Positions 39,507-52,900 of a stretch of DNA of 64,000 nucleotides are shown here, piece after piece. Within the stretch, counting starts at the first letter, position 1. Each line of letters begins with the position of its first letter. The position numbers were made by a program, and so were the translations under genes. The DNA lies in the NCBI RefSeq assembly GCF_000315625.1, contig NW_005434573.1:154408-218407 (forward strand), written 5' to 3'. The notes beneath the pieces are model-generated. The model saw nothing but the letters and a program-made list of their open reading frames with translations. It searched no databases and was not told the DNA's origin. The DNA comes from Guillardia theta CCMP2712. Lineage: Eukaryota; Protista; Cryptophyta.

Positions 39507-40622
39507 ATGGAGGTCGGCCTAGAGGGGAGGGAGCGGAGGGTCATGCTGGATGTCGGAGGTCGGCTATTCCGCACGTCAGCTCGCACCATGTTCGATGCGG
39601 TGAATCTGATCGGCTGATCCTCTGCTCTCCTAGACTCATGCCCCAGCAGGACCCTCAGTCCCTCTTCCATCAGATCGCCATGGAGGTGAGCAACGCCGAA
39701 GCCTTCATCCTAAAGTTCATCAGCGAAGGACACGTGCATGTCGATGGTTTAGCGCGAGGTAAGGAAGAGAATTTTGGTTGGCAGAGTTCCATGAGAGGTG
39801 TAGTTCGGCAGGAGGCGGCGACAAGGCTGGCACCGTTGAGTAACATTGAGAGCTTCTCTTTCGACGTTACAACCTTTTCCAACTCCCTGGTCGAGATGCA
39901 TCTGGGGCGGCAAGCGTATGTTGCCTGGGATCTATTCTTTGATCGAGATCCCGCGTGTTTCTCCCGGGTCCTCGACTTCCTCCGCACGGGCAACCTGCTT
40001 CAAGCTGATGGGGTTTACTCGGAGAGGCTCTTTGAGGAGTTTCGCTTCTACAAGTTGAGCCCCAAGCCCGTTGAGCTTGACCACATCGCGCGCACTCGCT
40101 TGCATGCCATCTACGGGACGGCACTAGGAGAGCTGCAGGACCTCATCGTCAAGGAGATGGTCCGCATGGCAAGCCAGGGGAGAAGCTGCGTCAAGCTCGG
40201 CATCGTCTCGCGCCCATACGGCATCGGCATCGAACCCTCAAAGAGGTACCCCTCCCCTCTTTGCCCTACCTCTCTCCTGATGGTTGGCAGCATGTCAGCA
40301 TGCGAGCAACTTGTGCGGGTCTTCGATGTCGGGGTCTGCCTCGAGTGTCCCGAGCGAGAGGGTGACGTCTGGCTCAGGACATCAACGACGACATGACGCA
40401 GGTGATGTCCATCTTCGAGTGCCGCGAGGTTGTCGAGCCTGCCGTCTGTTGCCCCTCTCATTCACTGCAGGAGGTTCGCTCCTACATGGCTCGTCAAGGT
40501 CGAGCAAGGGAGACGACGCCTTGTTCCTCACGCTCCTAACAGGATTGAGGTGCGAACATGGTTACTCCCCCGGCAACATCTACGGCAGTCTGGTGAGCGA
40601 CAACATCGCCATGCCTGCCTGA
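39507..40622 (+). CDS. KCTD-type BTB/POZ (T1) domain protein
   Basis: RVMLDVGGRLFRTSARTM ... FFDRDPACFSRVLDFLRTG ... LFEEFRFYKL. Confidence 0.85.
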
Positions 40623-40791
40623 CTGAGCCCTGCAGGTGCCGAGCCATGCGTGGTTCGTGGTTGGGATCCGGGGAGAAGTGGTGGAGAGGAAGGCGAAGGT
40701 GAAGATGCAACGGCACAGGCAACGAGAGCTGACGCGAGTACAGGAGGTAGCCACTACGTCGGAGACTTGGGTCCCATCGTTTCTTGAGTAA

Positions 40792-42749
40792 CTAGCTCCT
40801 CGCGCTCTCCGTCTACACCAAACAAGCAGGGAGTTATGAGGAACGGCGTCGGATGGCCTTGAGCTCACTTGACGGGAGAGACTCTGAGACCAAGTCAAAG
40901 GATGCAGCATCGACCTTCACCTACTGACCTGCACCAGTTGGGTCCACGGCGGAGGAGCATAGTCTTGCCAATGTACTCGTACATGGAGAAGACAATGGAA
41001 GCGAGCGGACCCTGAAACACGCAGAGTCAGCCGACAAGTTGGCGGATTGCCAACACGTACAAGGTAGAAGACTCTTGGAATCCATCCCTTCATCAGGGCC
41101 AAGAAGCCTTCCTCACGAGCAATCTGCGAGCAACCTCATCCACGGAAGCACGACACAGCAACAGCACCTTCATTATCGACTGTACGAGCCCTTGATAAGG
41201 AAGCTTGCCGTCCGCGTCTGGTTTCTGATTGATTCCATTAGACCAGCTAGTAGGAGACCGCATTCAATCCACCTGCGTCATCAACCTGGTCTTTACAACG
41301 TCCACAGGAGTCATCACGATAGCGGCGAGGGCACCTGCAATGCATTAGTAAAGCACGCGAGCCGATCACACACATGCTTCACCTCCCAGCGCTCCCATGG
41401 CGAGAGTCTCCTGCTGGTTGAGCGACTTGTCGAACTGCTGCTCGTAGAACTGGATCGGCCTCAGCCCTCGCACTTCGCCTTCCATCACACTCACCGTCTT
41501 GAACATCCTGAAGAAGATGAAGGAGAACGCATTCCAGGGAACGTCTCTCAAGACGGTGGCCTGCATCGGCGTCACTCCCATGGAGTCAAACATTAAGATC
41601 GACCTTGGAGCCGACGAAGAAGGCTGAGACCCCCTTCTCGTTCCAGTTCCCCTGACGTCGGATGTTAACGCGGGGAACAATTTCAGAATGAGCCATCACC
41701 TTGCAGGCTTCGATCCAGTTGCTGTACAAATCGGCTTGAACTGGTTGCTTGATGCGTTCCTGTGGGACCCTGATAGCAGAAGCAGCAACGGCGCCAAGAG
41801 AAGCCGAGCAGATCTCCACAACTACACACCAAGTCAACGACCATGCCACCCTGCGTTGCTGCTGCATCAGCCTGCACTAACCCCATGGCTTCGCCCAGCC
41901 CAGAGCTTTATCGCTGATCGTCGCGTTCAATTCCTTCTTGGATTTCTCATATACTGTAAGGCAATCAGAAGGGACTACGCGCGCTCTCAGAGCTCGACCG
42001 ATGAATTGAAGGGCTCCAGCAGGCATGGCGCCGATCATCTGCATCCTAACTCACAGGAAGGCCCAGCCAAGCTGCTCGAACCTGAGGAACGATGCCCTTG
42101 CAGAGATCGCCAAAGTTTGATCTCAGGCCTCCGCGCACCTACCCAGCATTCATGTCATGGGCGAGCAAGGAAACGCCAACTTCGCATCACCTGTCTGCGC
42201 GTTCTGAGAGTATCGATAGGGTGAAGAATCGTTTGTGCGCACAAACGTGCGAAGGCGCCGCCTGATCGGAGCATCACGCGCGCATCTTTCAGCTGCATCC
42301 TCCCACTCACCCCACATTTTCTCACTCTGGGTGAGGTAATTCTTCCAGCGATCACCCTGCCCAGGGACAGGCCAGTCAAGCAATCTAGGGCAGGACGCAC
42401 ACTGCAAGCGGGTCTCAACCTTCAAGCTGCAGACTTCTGCAGCTGGCTTCTTGGCCTCTTGCTCTGCATCACAAGGCTCAACGCTCTGGATCCCGTTCGT
42501 CCGGATCTCACCCTTCGCCACCTTGGGCGGAGCTCGTTCCTAGGAATGTAAATCAGCTTCTTGGATGCCACAGACAAGTTCCCAACCTCCTCCTCGCTCC
42601 TTGGAGCCTCCTGCTGCTCGGCATTGACTGCTTGTAGGCTAATGCATAGAAGAGCTGAACGCAAAAGCGTCAAACCCACACAAAAACATTTGAGTCTAAC
42701 ACAATCCGACACTTATGAGTGAGGATTTTTTGAGAGGTTGGCATTTCAT
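40792..42749 (-). CDS. Mitochondrial carrier family (SLC25, SAM-carrier-like) protein with N-terminal extension
   Basis: Px[DE]xx[KR] signatures HPIDTLRTRRQ and VPQERIKQ, plus LRDVPWNAFSFIFF and GWIPRVFYL. Many introns. Confidence 0.85.
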
Positions 42750-43952
42750 GAAGAAGAAACATTGCAAGTCGGAAGAGGAACGGATGGTTACGAGTGGCAC
42801 TAGATGTTAGATCTAGACGACGAGCAGATCGAAATTGTGACACCACAAAAGATCGAGAATGTCGAAGTCGCGAAGGATCAAGATGGTGATGGTGGTGGTA
42901 ATATGTAATAGCGATGAAGGCGATGTTGGTGATATTGGTGACGTTGAGAGACTCATATTCTGAACATCATGTTGCCATCACGTATTGTTCACCTCCCCTC
43001 ACCTGCGCATAGCGCGACAGCGACTGCAAGCTTCACGCCGCCTGCGGCCATGACAGACCCTCACGCTTGGATGACCCACCCCCTTGTGGAATCAACACCC
43101 CGCAGGGATACCCCACCGGTCATTCTCTCTTCTTGTGTGGCAAATGACCCCTGGTCGGATCACCACTACCCACCCATCTGAATACCTACCTCCACCGGAC
43201 CTTTCCACCCACCCCAACTGCTACCTCCTTCGCCCTCTAGTTGTCGTGAACGAGATCACTACCCCCCATTAGCCCTCAGACCACCGGTGTATTGCACGGC
43301 TAGCAAGGGGGTCTAAATCGTCTTTATGTGCTTGGGGGCGTAGTTTCGAAGGGGGTAGGTGGGTACCCCCACCCTCCCTTTACACCGAGCAAAGACGTCG
43401 CATGGGGCGGATCAGAGGCCATAGGGAAATTCCTTTCCCTTCCACTAAGGGTTCTTGTGTTGTCAGAGTTCAAATTATACATATTAAATTTATAAAATAC
43501 AGATTAGTTTGGAGATAAATATCACATTTCTTCGATAACAAACCCCATCGCGAAAATATTGGTACAACACACGCTTCATTTTCAGACGGATCTTCACATT
43601 TTTAATTAGTATTCTGTGAAGTTTCAAATATTAGGCAAACATTCATAATCGCTCTAAGAATTCTTTTTTCAGCCCCACGAGATTCCGAGCCATCACCGGC
43701 CATCCCAGTCCACACAAACTTTGGCCTCTATAGGTACGCATCTGCTCTTCTAGTACGCATGGGCCGACTGAGCCGGGCCCGCCCCAGGCAGTGCTCTGCG
43801 GCTCCCAGCGGCGAGGTGAGAGCCTGTCAGTCACTGAGTCGTCAACTCACTGATGGGTAACTTGTGACTCGAGAGATTTATTGTGATCAAGGTGACGCGT
43901 GTCAGTGTAGGCAGTGACTTCACCGTCAGCTACACTATACAGGCCCGGGCGC

Positions 43953-46900
43953 TCACGCGCTTTTGAGGTAGTAGACCCAAGGAGGATAGTCGGGCTTGAG
44001 GGAGGACACGATCAGCTTGCCTTTCGCCTCCTTGTCGGTCGTGGTGATGTCGATGAAGTGCTTGGCGCGGCCCTCGACGCGGATCGATTCCTCCTTGAGC
44101 GAGAAGGCCGGGGAGTCTGTCTTGAGCTCGAACGACTCCTGGTCAAGGAAGGGGTTCTTGAACTCCAGCTTCAGCGTCCCCGCCACGTCGAAGGGTCCCT
44201 GCGGGTTGGGGGGGAGCCCATGGCCGTTGAGAATGCAGAGGTACTCGCCCGCCTCATCCGACTGCAGCGTTAACTTGGCGTTGCACTCCCCGAGCTTGCT
44301 GGGCTCGAACGTGACTTCCACCTCCACCTCCACGCCTGTCTCCTCCGTCGCTGCTGGTGCTGAGATGGTGGTGGGTACGGAGAAGGCAGGGTCGTCCGCA
44401 TGGCACTGGTAAGTCGCGGCGGACTTGAGGAAGTGAAGGAAGCGGAAGGTGGCCTTGTGGGAGCCCCCCAGCGAAGCCTTCATCTGCATTGACTTGTCTG
44501 CGCTGGCAGGGGTCGCGATGAGCTTCAGCTCGAACACAAAGTCCCCGAGCTCCTGGGAGGAGAAAGTAACCTTGGCCGTTGATCCGGAGTCAGGGAGTAG
44601 AGGACGGTAGATGAGCTTGCAGGGCGTCTCGCCTGACTCGCGCAGCTGATACTCGCTCTTGAGGATGACGTCGCTGGAGTCGCAGGAGGAGGCAATGGTG
44701 ACCACCTCCTTGAGCGGGTTCGCCAGGTTGATCTCAAGCTCCTTGGGCTGCCGCACTTGCGTCCTAAGGTCGAAGGAGCCGAGGATCTTGGTGGCCTGAG
44801 CGCGAAAGGTAATGTTGTAGAAGAGATACTCCTGCGTCTCCTCGCTCGTGAACGTCACCCGAGCTGATGTGCTCCCCTCCACAAACGTGTGGAACGAGAG
44901 CGTGTAAGTTCGCTCCGCGTTGGCGGGCACGTCGATGTAGCTCGCTCCCTTGAGGGTCGTGGTCCCCTGCGGCTCCGGCTCGATCCTCACGATGAACCTC
45001 TGCGGCCGGTTCATCCAGTTCTTGACTGCGAGAGGCTCGCGGTGAGAGGCCTTGCACTGCACCTCCTTCTCGATGCTCCCTGCTTCCTCTGGCGGCGTCG
45101 CTTGCCCTTCCAGCTTGAACAGCACGGCCGTTCCGTTGGGCAGAGGAAGGAACAAGCTCCCTGTGTGCACCTTAGCGCGTTGGAAGGACGAGGCTTCTTC
45201 CTGCTCCCCTCCGGCGTCGGTCATGAGGAGAGGACAGTAGGTGACCTGACAGCTGCTGGACTTCCCGGGAGGGATCTCGAAGATCTCTGGGGCCGACCAG
45301 TACTCGTGGTCTACGGTGGGGACGAGCCGCCATGGCATGTCCGTGGGGTTCTCGATGGGAGGCGTCTCGACCGTGAGGGGTTTGCGCACGGGAGTGAGGA
45401 AGGTGATGGCGTCCTCGCGCGGCTCTTGGAGCACGCAGATGCCGGTGACGGTCATGGAGAGAGGGTCAGCACCTTCCACGTAGAGGGGGACCGAGTCGCG
45501 TCGGATGTCGTCATGAACCTGCTGAGGGTGGAAGCGAAACTCGAGGGTCACCTCGTCGTTGGGGTTGAGAAAACCTTCAGTTGGCTCCACGCTGAAGTCA
45601 GGAGCGAACATATCTGATGCCCAGCGCCACTTGGTCCCGATGTCTCCGACGTTCTCAAGTTGAACCTGCTTCAATCGTCATGCTCTTGCTTCATCCCTCC
45701 CCTCCCCTGCTGCTCCCCCTGCCCCCCCCTCTCTCTCATCCTCTCCCTCTCCTCCCCTTCTCCTCTTCTTCGCCCACCTTGCGAGTCGTCCTGCTCTTGG
45801 CAACGACTGCGCCGAAGAAGAGCATGTCCGTCTCCAGCTTGAGCTCGACCCCGACAGCTGACCCGCTGATGACCATGACGGTCTTGAGCAGGCCTCCGAC
45901 TTCGAGCCGCAGGTCCTCGGCGAAGGGAAGCATGCGCTGCTGTGGGTTGAAGGAGAGGTCGATGTCGGTAACTTCCTTGGGCTTGAGGAAGAAGCTGGAG
46001 GGGTGGAGGGAGATGCCCATCTCCTGCAGGCGAGCAGCTGATTCAGCGATGGAGCACTTGGCGAGCACAGGCGAGAAGTTCTTGATCCTCACGCGCTTCT
46101 CCGTCATCGTCCCCACCTTGATCGCTCCTAGTGCCAGGTTGAACTGCCCGGGGTTGAGAAGGGAGACGTCGCACTCGTGCCCTGACCCCGTCACCTCCAC
46201 CTCGATGCGGTACAAGCCGTTGACCTTGAACTCGATGCTCTCGCGGTATTCTTTGAGCTCCCGGGGCATGAAGACGATCCGGATCTCCTCCATGGCGCCG
46301 GGGGAGAGGTTGGTGGGAGGAGCATCGATCTCGAGGTGCGGCTTGTTGTCGAAGTTCACGTCGTAGCTGATGTCCTGCGTGTCCTCGTTCACCACTCGCA
46401 GCACGTACACGTTGGGCTCCACCCCCTGCCGGTATAGGAAGCAGGGCCCGAAGGCCACCTTGTAGCTCGAGAAGCTCAGCTGCGGCCGCCTGCCGCTTGC
46501 AGAGACGTCGAAGGAGAACTTGGGGCCGTTGATGATGTTGAGCAGCACCGGGTGATTCATCATCCTCGCGTCAGAGGCCGGGTGGAACGCGAGCTGAACT
46601 TCAGCCTTGTCGCCCTTGAGCACTCGACCTCGCTCGGGCTTGATGGTGAGGAGCCGGTGCTTCTCCGAGAGCCACTCGTACTCGATGGGGTACTTGCCCT
46701 TGTTAGTCACACTGATCACCTTCTTCCTCCAGTCGTTGACGTGAACCTCCCCGAAGTCGATGGCGCTGAGAGTGGCCGGGAGGATGGGGAGCTGACCACT
46801 CTCGTCCTCTAGCACGACGCTGACGTGGTTGTCGAAGCCTTCCCCCTTGATGTTGATCGCCAGCCGCGTCGCCTTCTTCTTCACCGAGCACACCGCGTTG

Positions 46901-49900
46901 AAGTTGTACATCTTCTCCACCTTGGGCATAAACTGTACGGTGAGCGCGAGCTCCGAGTCAGGGGCGACGGTCCCGCTGGAGGGAGAGATGGAGACGACCG
47001 GAGGAACCTCCTCGGCCCCGTACGTCTTCCCGTCGAAGGCGAAGCTGAACGGGATGTGCTCCTTGTTGACGAGCATGACGGTGTGCGAGGCCTTGTGGTG
47101 GAGGAGGAGCGAGTTGAAGTTGCAGAAGGTCTTGTCGAAGTACACCCGCGGCTCCTTCACGTGCCCCACCAGGATGAAGGGCACCGAGATCTTGTGCTCA
47201 GGGATGTGGAGGCGCCAGAAGGACTCAAGGAGGGTGTCAGTGTCGGGGGTGTACTCGAACACGATCTCCGTCTTCCTCCCCGACAGCACGATCCCTTCCT
47301 TGTGAACGCACTTGAATGCCTTGGCCAGGTGGGCGACGGCAGCGCCTGTCCCGTCCTCGCACTCCCAGCGGAACTTGTAGGAGATGTTGGTGGGGTTCAT
47401 GAGGAAGAAGTGCCGCGTGTTCCTCACTTTCGTCCCCAGCGACTCGAACTCGATCACCCGCGAGTCTGCGTCGATCGCTTTCCCCCCCGGTGTCTCCAGC
47501 GTCGGAGGCCTCCGACCCCCCCGCAGCCAGTCGCTCTCCTCCAGCTCCACGTGGCACAGGGGACGTGCACTCTTGCCCGTCACCTTGAACTCTGGCATGG
47601 GCTGCGGAGGCTTCACGACCTCCTCCGCTTCCTCTCCCTCCGCCTTCTCTCCCTCGCCCTCTGCCTCCTCCTCCGGCCTGAGGTCCAAGTTGGGGATGAA
47701 GCCGACGATCTTGCGTTGGTAGTTGTCGACCTCGACGGGAGCGAACCTGACGGTGAAGGCGCAGGGGGTGCGAGGAGCGATGTCGGTCGAGCTCGGCTCC
47801 ACGGAGAAGGGAGACTGCGGGTCCACGTCCTCCTCTCCGTCCGGCATCAGAACCTTCCAGTCGATGTGCAGGGCCACGGCCGACACGTTCTCGAGCACCA
47901 GCTTGTGAACTCGCTCGCGGTACATCATAGTCTCAGAGAAGAGAAGAGGAGGCAGCCCTTGCTCCGGGGACCACGAGTCATCCTCCGTCACCAGTTTGTA
48001 CCTCAGGTAGTCCACCGTGTAGTTAATCTTGATCTCGTCCTCCTTCACCTCCTCCGCCTCTTGCTCGCTGCCCCCCTCCTTCGTCGCCTCCTCTCCCTCC
48101 ACGGGCGTCACCTCCACAGCCTTCTTGATCCCTTCCCATGCAGGTTCCGGCTTCACCTTGGTGACCTGCAGGAAATGATCACAAGGAGAAGGAGGAGGGG
48201 GATGGGGTCGAACCATTTTAAGCTTCTTGCGACGAGGATGTCGAGGAGAAGGAAACAGCTCAGCATCCGCATCCTCCACGTCATGCACTAAAGAGGTCTC
48301 GCCACCATCCTCCATCCACGTGATCTCCTTCATGCTGTTGTCCCAGTCGTACACCTGCCAAAACGTCATCAACACCACAACTCCTTTCCCCCCCCCCCGC
48401 CCCTCCTCTTCCTCCTCCTCCTCCTTGTCCTCCTCTCACCTCATCCTCAGTGTATCGAATCTTTCTGTACTCCATCGTCACAAACGTACGTCCTCCAGCA
48501 ACCACATGCTTTCCGAACAGCGCGAGCTGGAGCTGCTTGGAGCTTCCGGGCTGGAGGTGACCGAGGGAGGGGGAGAAGGAGAGGAGGCGACTATCCTTGA
48601 CGTCCTTCACGCAGAAGCGGAGAGGAGAGTCAGTGGTGTTGCTCACAGTGAAGCTCATAGTCTGCGTCTCCCCCAGCACGACGGGCGGCAGCTGGATCCC
48701 CTTCTTGACGTTGGGCTCGTAGGCGAGGTCCTGCAGGACTCCCTCCCCGTGGAAGCGAAGCACCGACTTCTCGTACTCGTTGTGATGCACCGAGACCTCG
48801 AGCAGCGCGAGGTACTCCCTGCGAGACTTGGGGCGGAACACAACCTCAAACTTCCGCTCCTCCTGGCTGTTGAGCAGCAGCTCGGACCCCCTGTGAGCGA
48901 AGAAGAAGGACTTGACCAGGTCCTCGTCCTTGCCTTCCGCCGGCAGCACCTTGCTGAACTTGATGGTGGCGGGGAGAATGCCATGGTTCTTGATGCTGAA
49001 CACATGCGTGCCCTCCTTGCCCACGATCACTGACTCCATCTCCACCTGCTTGTCGTCCGGCGATCGGCTGCCCATGATGATGGAGACGCGAGGGAGGGTC
49101 CCGTCACCTCGCAGCTCGAAAGAGAGGCGGTTCGTCCTGTCGTCCGTTCCTCCCTCCACCACAGCCTCGAAGAGCGCGATGGAGGTCTGGAGGGACGAGG
49201 GCTCGAAGAAGACCGTCGCGTACCTGTGCTCGTGCATGGGGATAGAGAGCTTGTCGGGCGCGAGGATCTCGAACGCGTTCCCGTCGGTCTTGTTGGTGAC
49301 CTGGAGGCTGACGGTGATGGCGACCTTAGTGGGGTTGACGATCTTGATGCGAGTCTCGGAGCGAGACTTGACGAGCCGAGGGCCGAAGTAGAAGCATCGC
49401 TCCTCCTCTATGAACGTGTTGCTGATCAGCTCCGTCGGGTCAGCCGGCGGCTTCCTTAGCACCGCCGCCTCCTCGAAGATCTGCAGGAAGTCGTCGTTGA
49501 GCAGGCCGGGCACGCAGCTCTCGCCCGTGAGCTCGTAGGGGAGGCCGAGGGGGTCCAGGCTGGGGTCTCGCTCAGAGACGCTGATGCCGAGGAGCTCGCG
49601 GAAGGTTCGCTGACCCTCAGCAGTGAAGGTGACCGTGACAGTCTGCTTCTCTCCGTTGGGCGCGATGCTGCCGGACACTGGAGAGACGAGGAAGTTGCCG
49701 ACCTTGAGAGAGCCGTCCGCTGACTCCTCCGCTGCCGCCTCCTCCTCCGAGGACGTCGGCGGGCGCGAGCGGTCGGAGATGGAGGAGATGCGGAAAGAGA
49801 AGTCGAACTCACCCTGGTTGACGATCTCAAAGGTGCGAGACTTGAGGGAGTCGTATACGAGGCTGCCGAAGGCGATGCCCTTCTGAGGGAGCACCCGGTA

Positions 49901-52900
49901 CTTGGAGAAGACGCTCCTCACGTTGAGCTTCACGGGGATCACCAGGATCTCCTCGCCCGTCAGCAGCTCCGTCACGTAGCATCGCAGCTCCTGGTTGTCT
50001 TTGAACTCCACCTCCTGCTTTGACTCAAACACCACCATCATCTCCGCCGTCCCCTCAGGCCCCAGCACTCCCTCGCTCTTCCCTTCGTAGCCCTCCTCCT
50101 CGGGCGCGGGGTTGATCGACACCGTCTGGACCGTGAAGAAGGAAGCCGCAAAGTTGCGCTTGGGGCGGGCAAAGGCGAACTTATAGCCCAGCTGGTACTT
50201 GCCCTGGTTGCGGATGCTGAACTTCTGCGTGCTATTCTCCTTCCCCCCGTCCGCCACCCGCAGGACCCCGAAGTCAAGCCCGTCGCCGTTGGGGAAGTCG
50301 AAGACGAAGTCGATCTCGTAGGCCTCGGCGGTCACCAGGAACTCCAACTTGCTCGGCTCCTTGATGATCTCCTCCGCGTCGATCCACTCGAGCCTCACCG
50401 GCTTCTCCCACGTCCCCTTCTCTCGCGCCTCAAACCCGATGGTCACGTTCTGCGTCTGCCCCGGGCGCAGCGTGCCCTCGGTCGGCCAGACTGAGAACTC
50501 CTCGCCCACGTTAAACCCGTCCGCCTCCTCCACCCCCTTTAGGCTCCAGCGCGCTGGCAGCAAGCTCGCGTTTCTCAGCTCGATAACCCGCGAGTCCTTC
50601 CGCTTGAGCAGCAGCCGCTGGAACTCGACCTTGATGGGGCCCGAGTTCTCCTCCTCCTCCTCCTCCTCCGGCCTCTTCGAGAGGTTCGTGACGATGGTGG
50701 GAACGTCGCCAAGGCAGCTGACTCTGATCTCAACGGGCTCAGGGTTGTTGGCGATGTTGCAGATGAGCTTGTCCTCTTTCTCCCCCGTCGCCTGCGGGAA
50801 CGCCATGACGGTGATGTCTCGGGTCTCCTCAGGCGCGAGGTCGAGGGAGGCGGGCTCGACGGAGAAGGTTTCTTGGTCGCGATCCAAGAGAAAGCAGAAG
50901 TCAACGTGGAGGGGAAAGAGACCTGAGTTGGTGATGCGAAACTTGTCCTGGTTCTCCGGGAACTTCTCCTTCTCCTCCCTCGACTTGCCCACCAGCAGGG
51001 GCCCGAACTCGAACGTCTCCTTGCTGATCACGTACTGCCTGCTGATGATCTGACCTGCAGCCCTCGACTTGGTCTTGCGGTAGAAGAGGCTGTGGTAGCT
51101 CTGACTTATCTGAGGATACGCGCTGAACCCGCGACATGGCAGGTAGAACTGCTTCGATCGGGTGCTCCATCCTCCCCCGACGATCTCGAAGCCCAGGAAG
51201 GACTCAAACCTCCCTGTGTCAGTCGCTCGGAAGCGAATCACAAGTTCGATGCTTGACTTCGCCTCGATCACCCATCTTGACGCCTCCGTCAGGTCCTCCT
51301 TCGCCTGCTTCGCCTCTCCCTCTCCCTCTCCCTCTCCCTCTCCCTTCTCGCTCTCCTTCGCAGCCTCTCGAGCACGAGGAGTGAGGATGTAGAAGTTGCG
51401 GATGCTCTGTCGGGGGCCTCGTCCTCCCGGTCTCATCACCATCTCCCGGTCATACGCCTTGGGCACCCTCAGCTTCTGCGCGGGTCCGCACAGGGGGAAG
51501 GGGTCAGGAAGCGACGCCGTGCCTTCAAGCACGAGGTCGCTGATCCGCTGCTTGCCCACCCGATGGAGGCGGAGGAGCTTGAGGGAGCGAGGAGGAGGAG
51601 GAGCTTCTCCTGCCTCCCCCTCCCCCTCCCCTTCCTCCCGCGCTGGCGGATCCAACAAGTCGATGATCACCTTCTGTTTCTCCATGAAAGCCTGCACCAG
51701 CTCCTCAAGGTCCTTCGCATCCACCTGATCCTCAGCTTCTTCCTCCTTGAAGCTTGCTCTCTCCTCCTCTTCAGTCTCTGCCCCTGCCCCACCTTCTTCC
51801 TCCGCCTCCTTCTCCTCGGGGGAAGGAAGACCCTCGTCCTCCGCCCCCTCCTCCAGCGTTTCTGCCGGCTCCTCCGAAAGGTTGGCATCAGCGGGCTTCG
51901 CTTCCTCGGGGCCGGTGACGTCAGAAGTTTCTTCGGGCTCGTGGGAGAGGAGGAACAAGCGAGCGTTTCCTCCTCGCATCGCCTTGTCAAGACCCTCCAC
52001 CACCATCTTGACGTCAGGCAGCAAAGAAGATCCGAGGTTCGTCACCACGCACCCTCGCACGTAGGGCAGCTCCAGCAGCTTGTCGTCCAACACACTTGCG
52101 AGCAGCCCCTCACTCATCCACTCCTCCATCTCCACTACTCGAGGCTCTGCTTCCCCTTCCCCCTCCTCTCCCCGGCCGCTTTCTGCTTTCTCTCCGCCTT
52201 CTCCTTCCTCCTCTTTCGGTGGCTCGGGAGGGAAGAACGTCTCCTGCACTCGCTTTGCCGCTCGCTCAGGCTTCTTGCTGGGGTCCAGCTGCCACTTGTT
52301 GGGCACGGGAACCTTGACGGGCCCTTCCTCGCCCTCCTGCTCCTCCATGAAGGGCATCACCCCCGCCTCTTGCAGCAGCGCCTGCAGGTACTCCTCCAGG
52401 TCGAGGACGCTGACTTTGTACTTGTCCGCCAGCTGACGCGCGAAGGCGGAGGGGCTCGCGAGGGGATGCCCGAAGACAGCAAACAGACTTCGCTTGTCCT
52501 CATGCGCGTCGATGGGCTGCCGTCAGAGTCAACCAAGCGATGTTGAGAGGGAGTGAGGAGAGCCAGGGACAAGGGGAGGTGGCGGCGGTGAAGTCGAAGC
52601 AAAAGAAGAGGAGCAGGAGAAAAGAACAGGAGGTTGAAGAGGAGAACAAGGTTCACAGACTGACCTGCAACAGACCGACTGACTTGCTTGCGTCCTCCTC
52701 TTCTCGCTGCCCCTTGTCTTCCTCCTCCATCGGTGCTTGCTCGTTCGCAACTGGCTCCTCCTCTCCTTCTCCCCTCTCTCCCTCATCAGTCTCCCTTCTC
52801 TCTTCTACCTTGGGCTTCACCTTCTCGTATTCCTGCAGCACCCGCTCCTGCACTCCACTACCTGCGGGTCGAAGGGGGAGGAGAGCGACATCGGAGAAGG

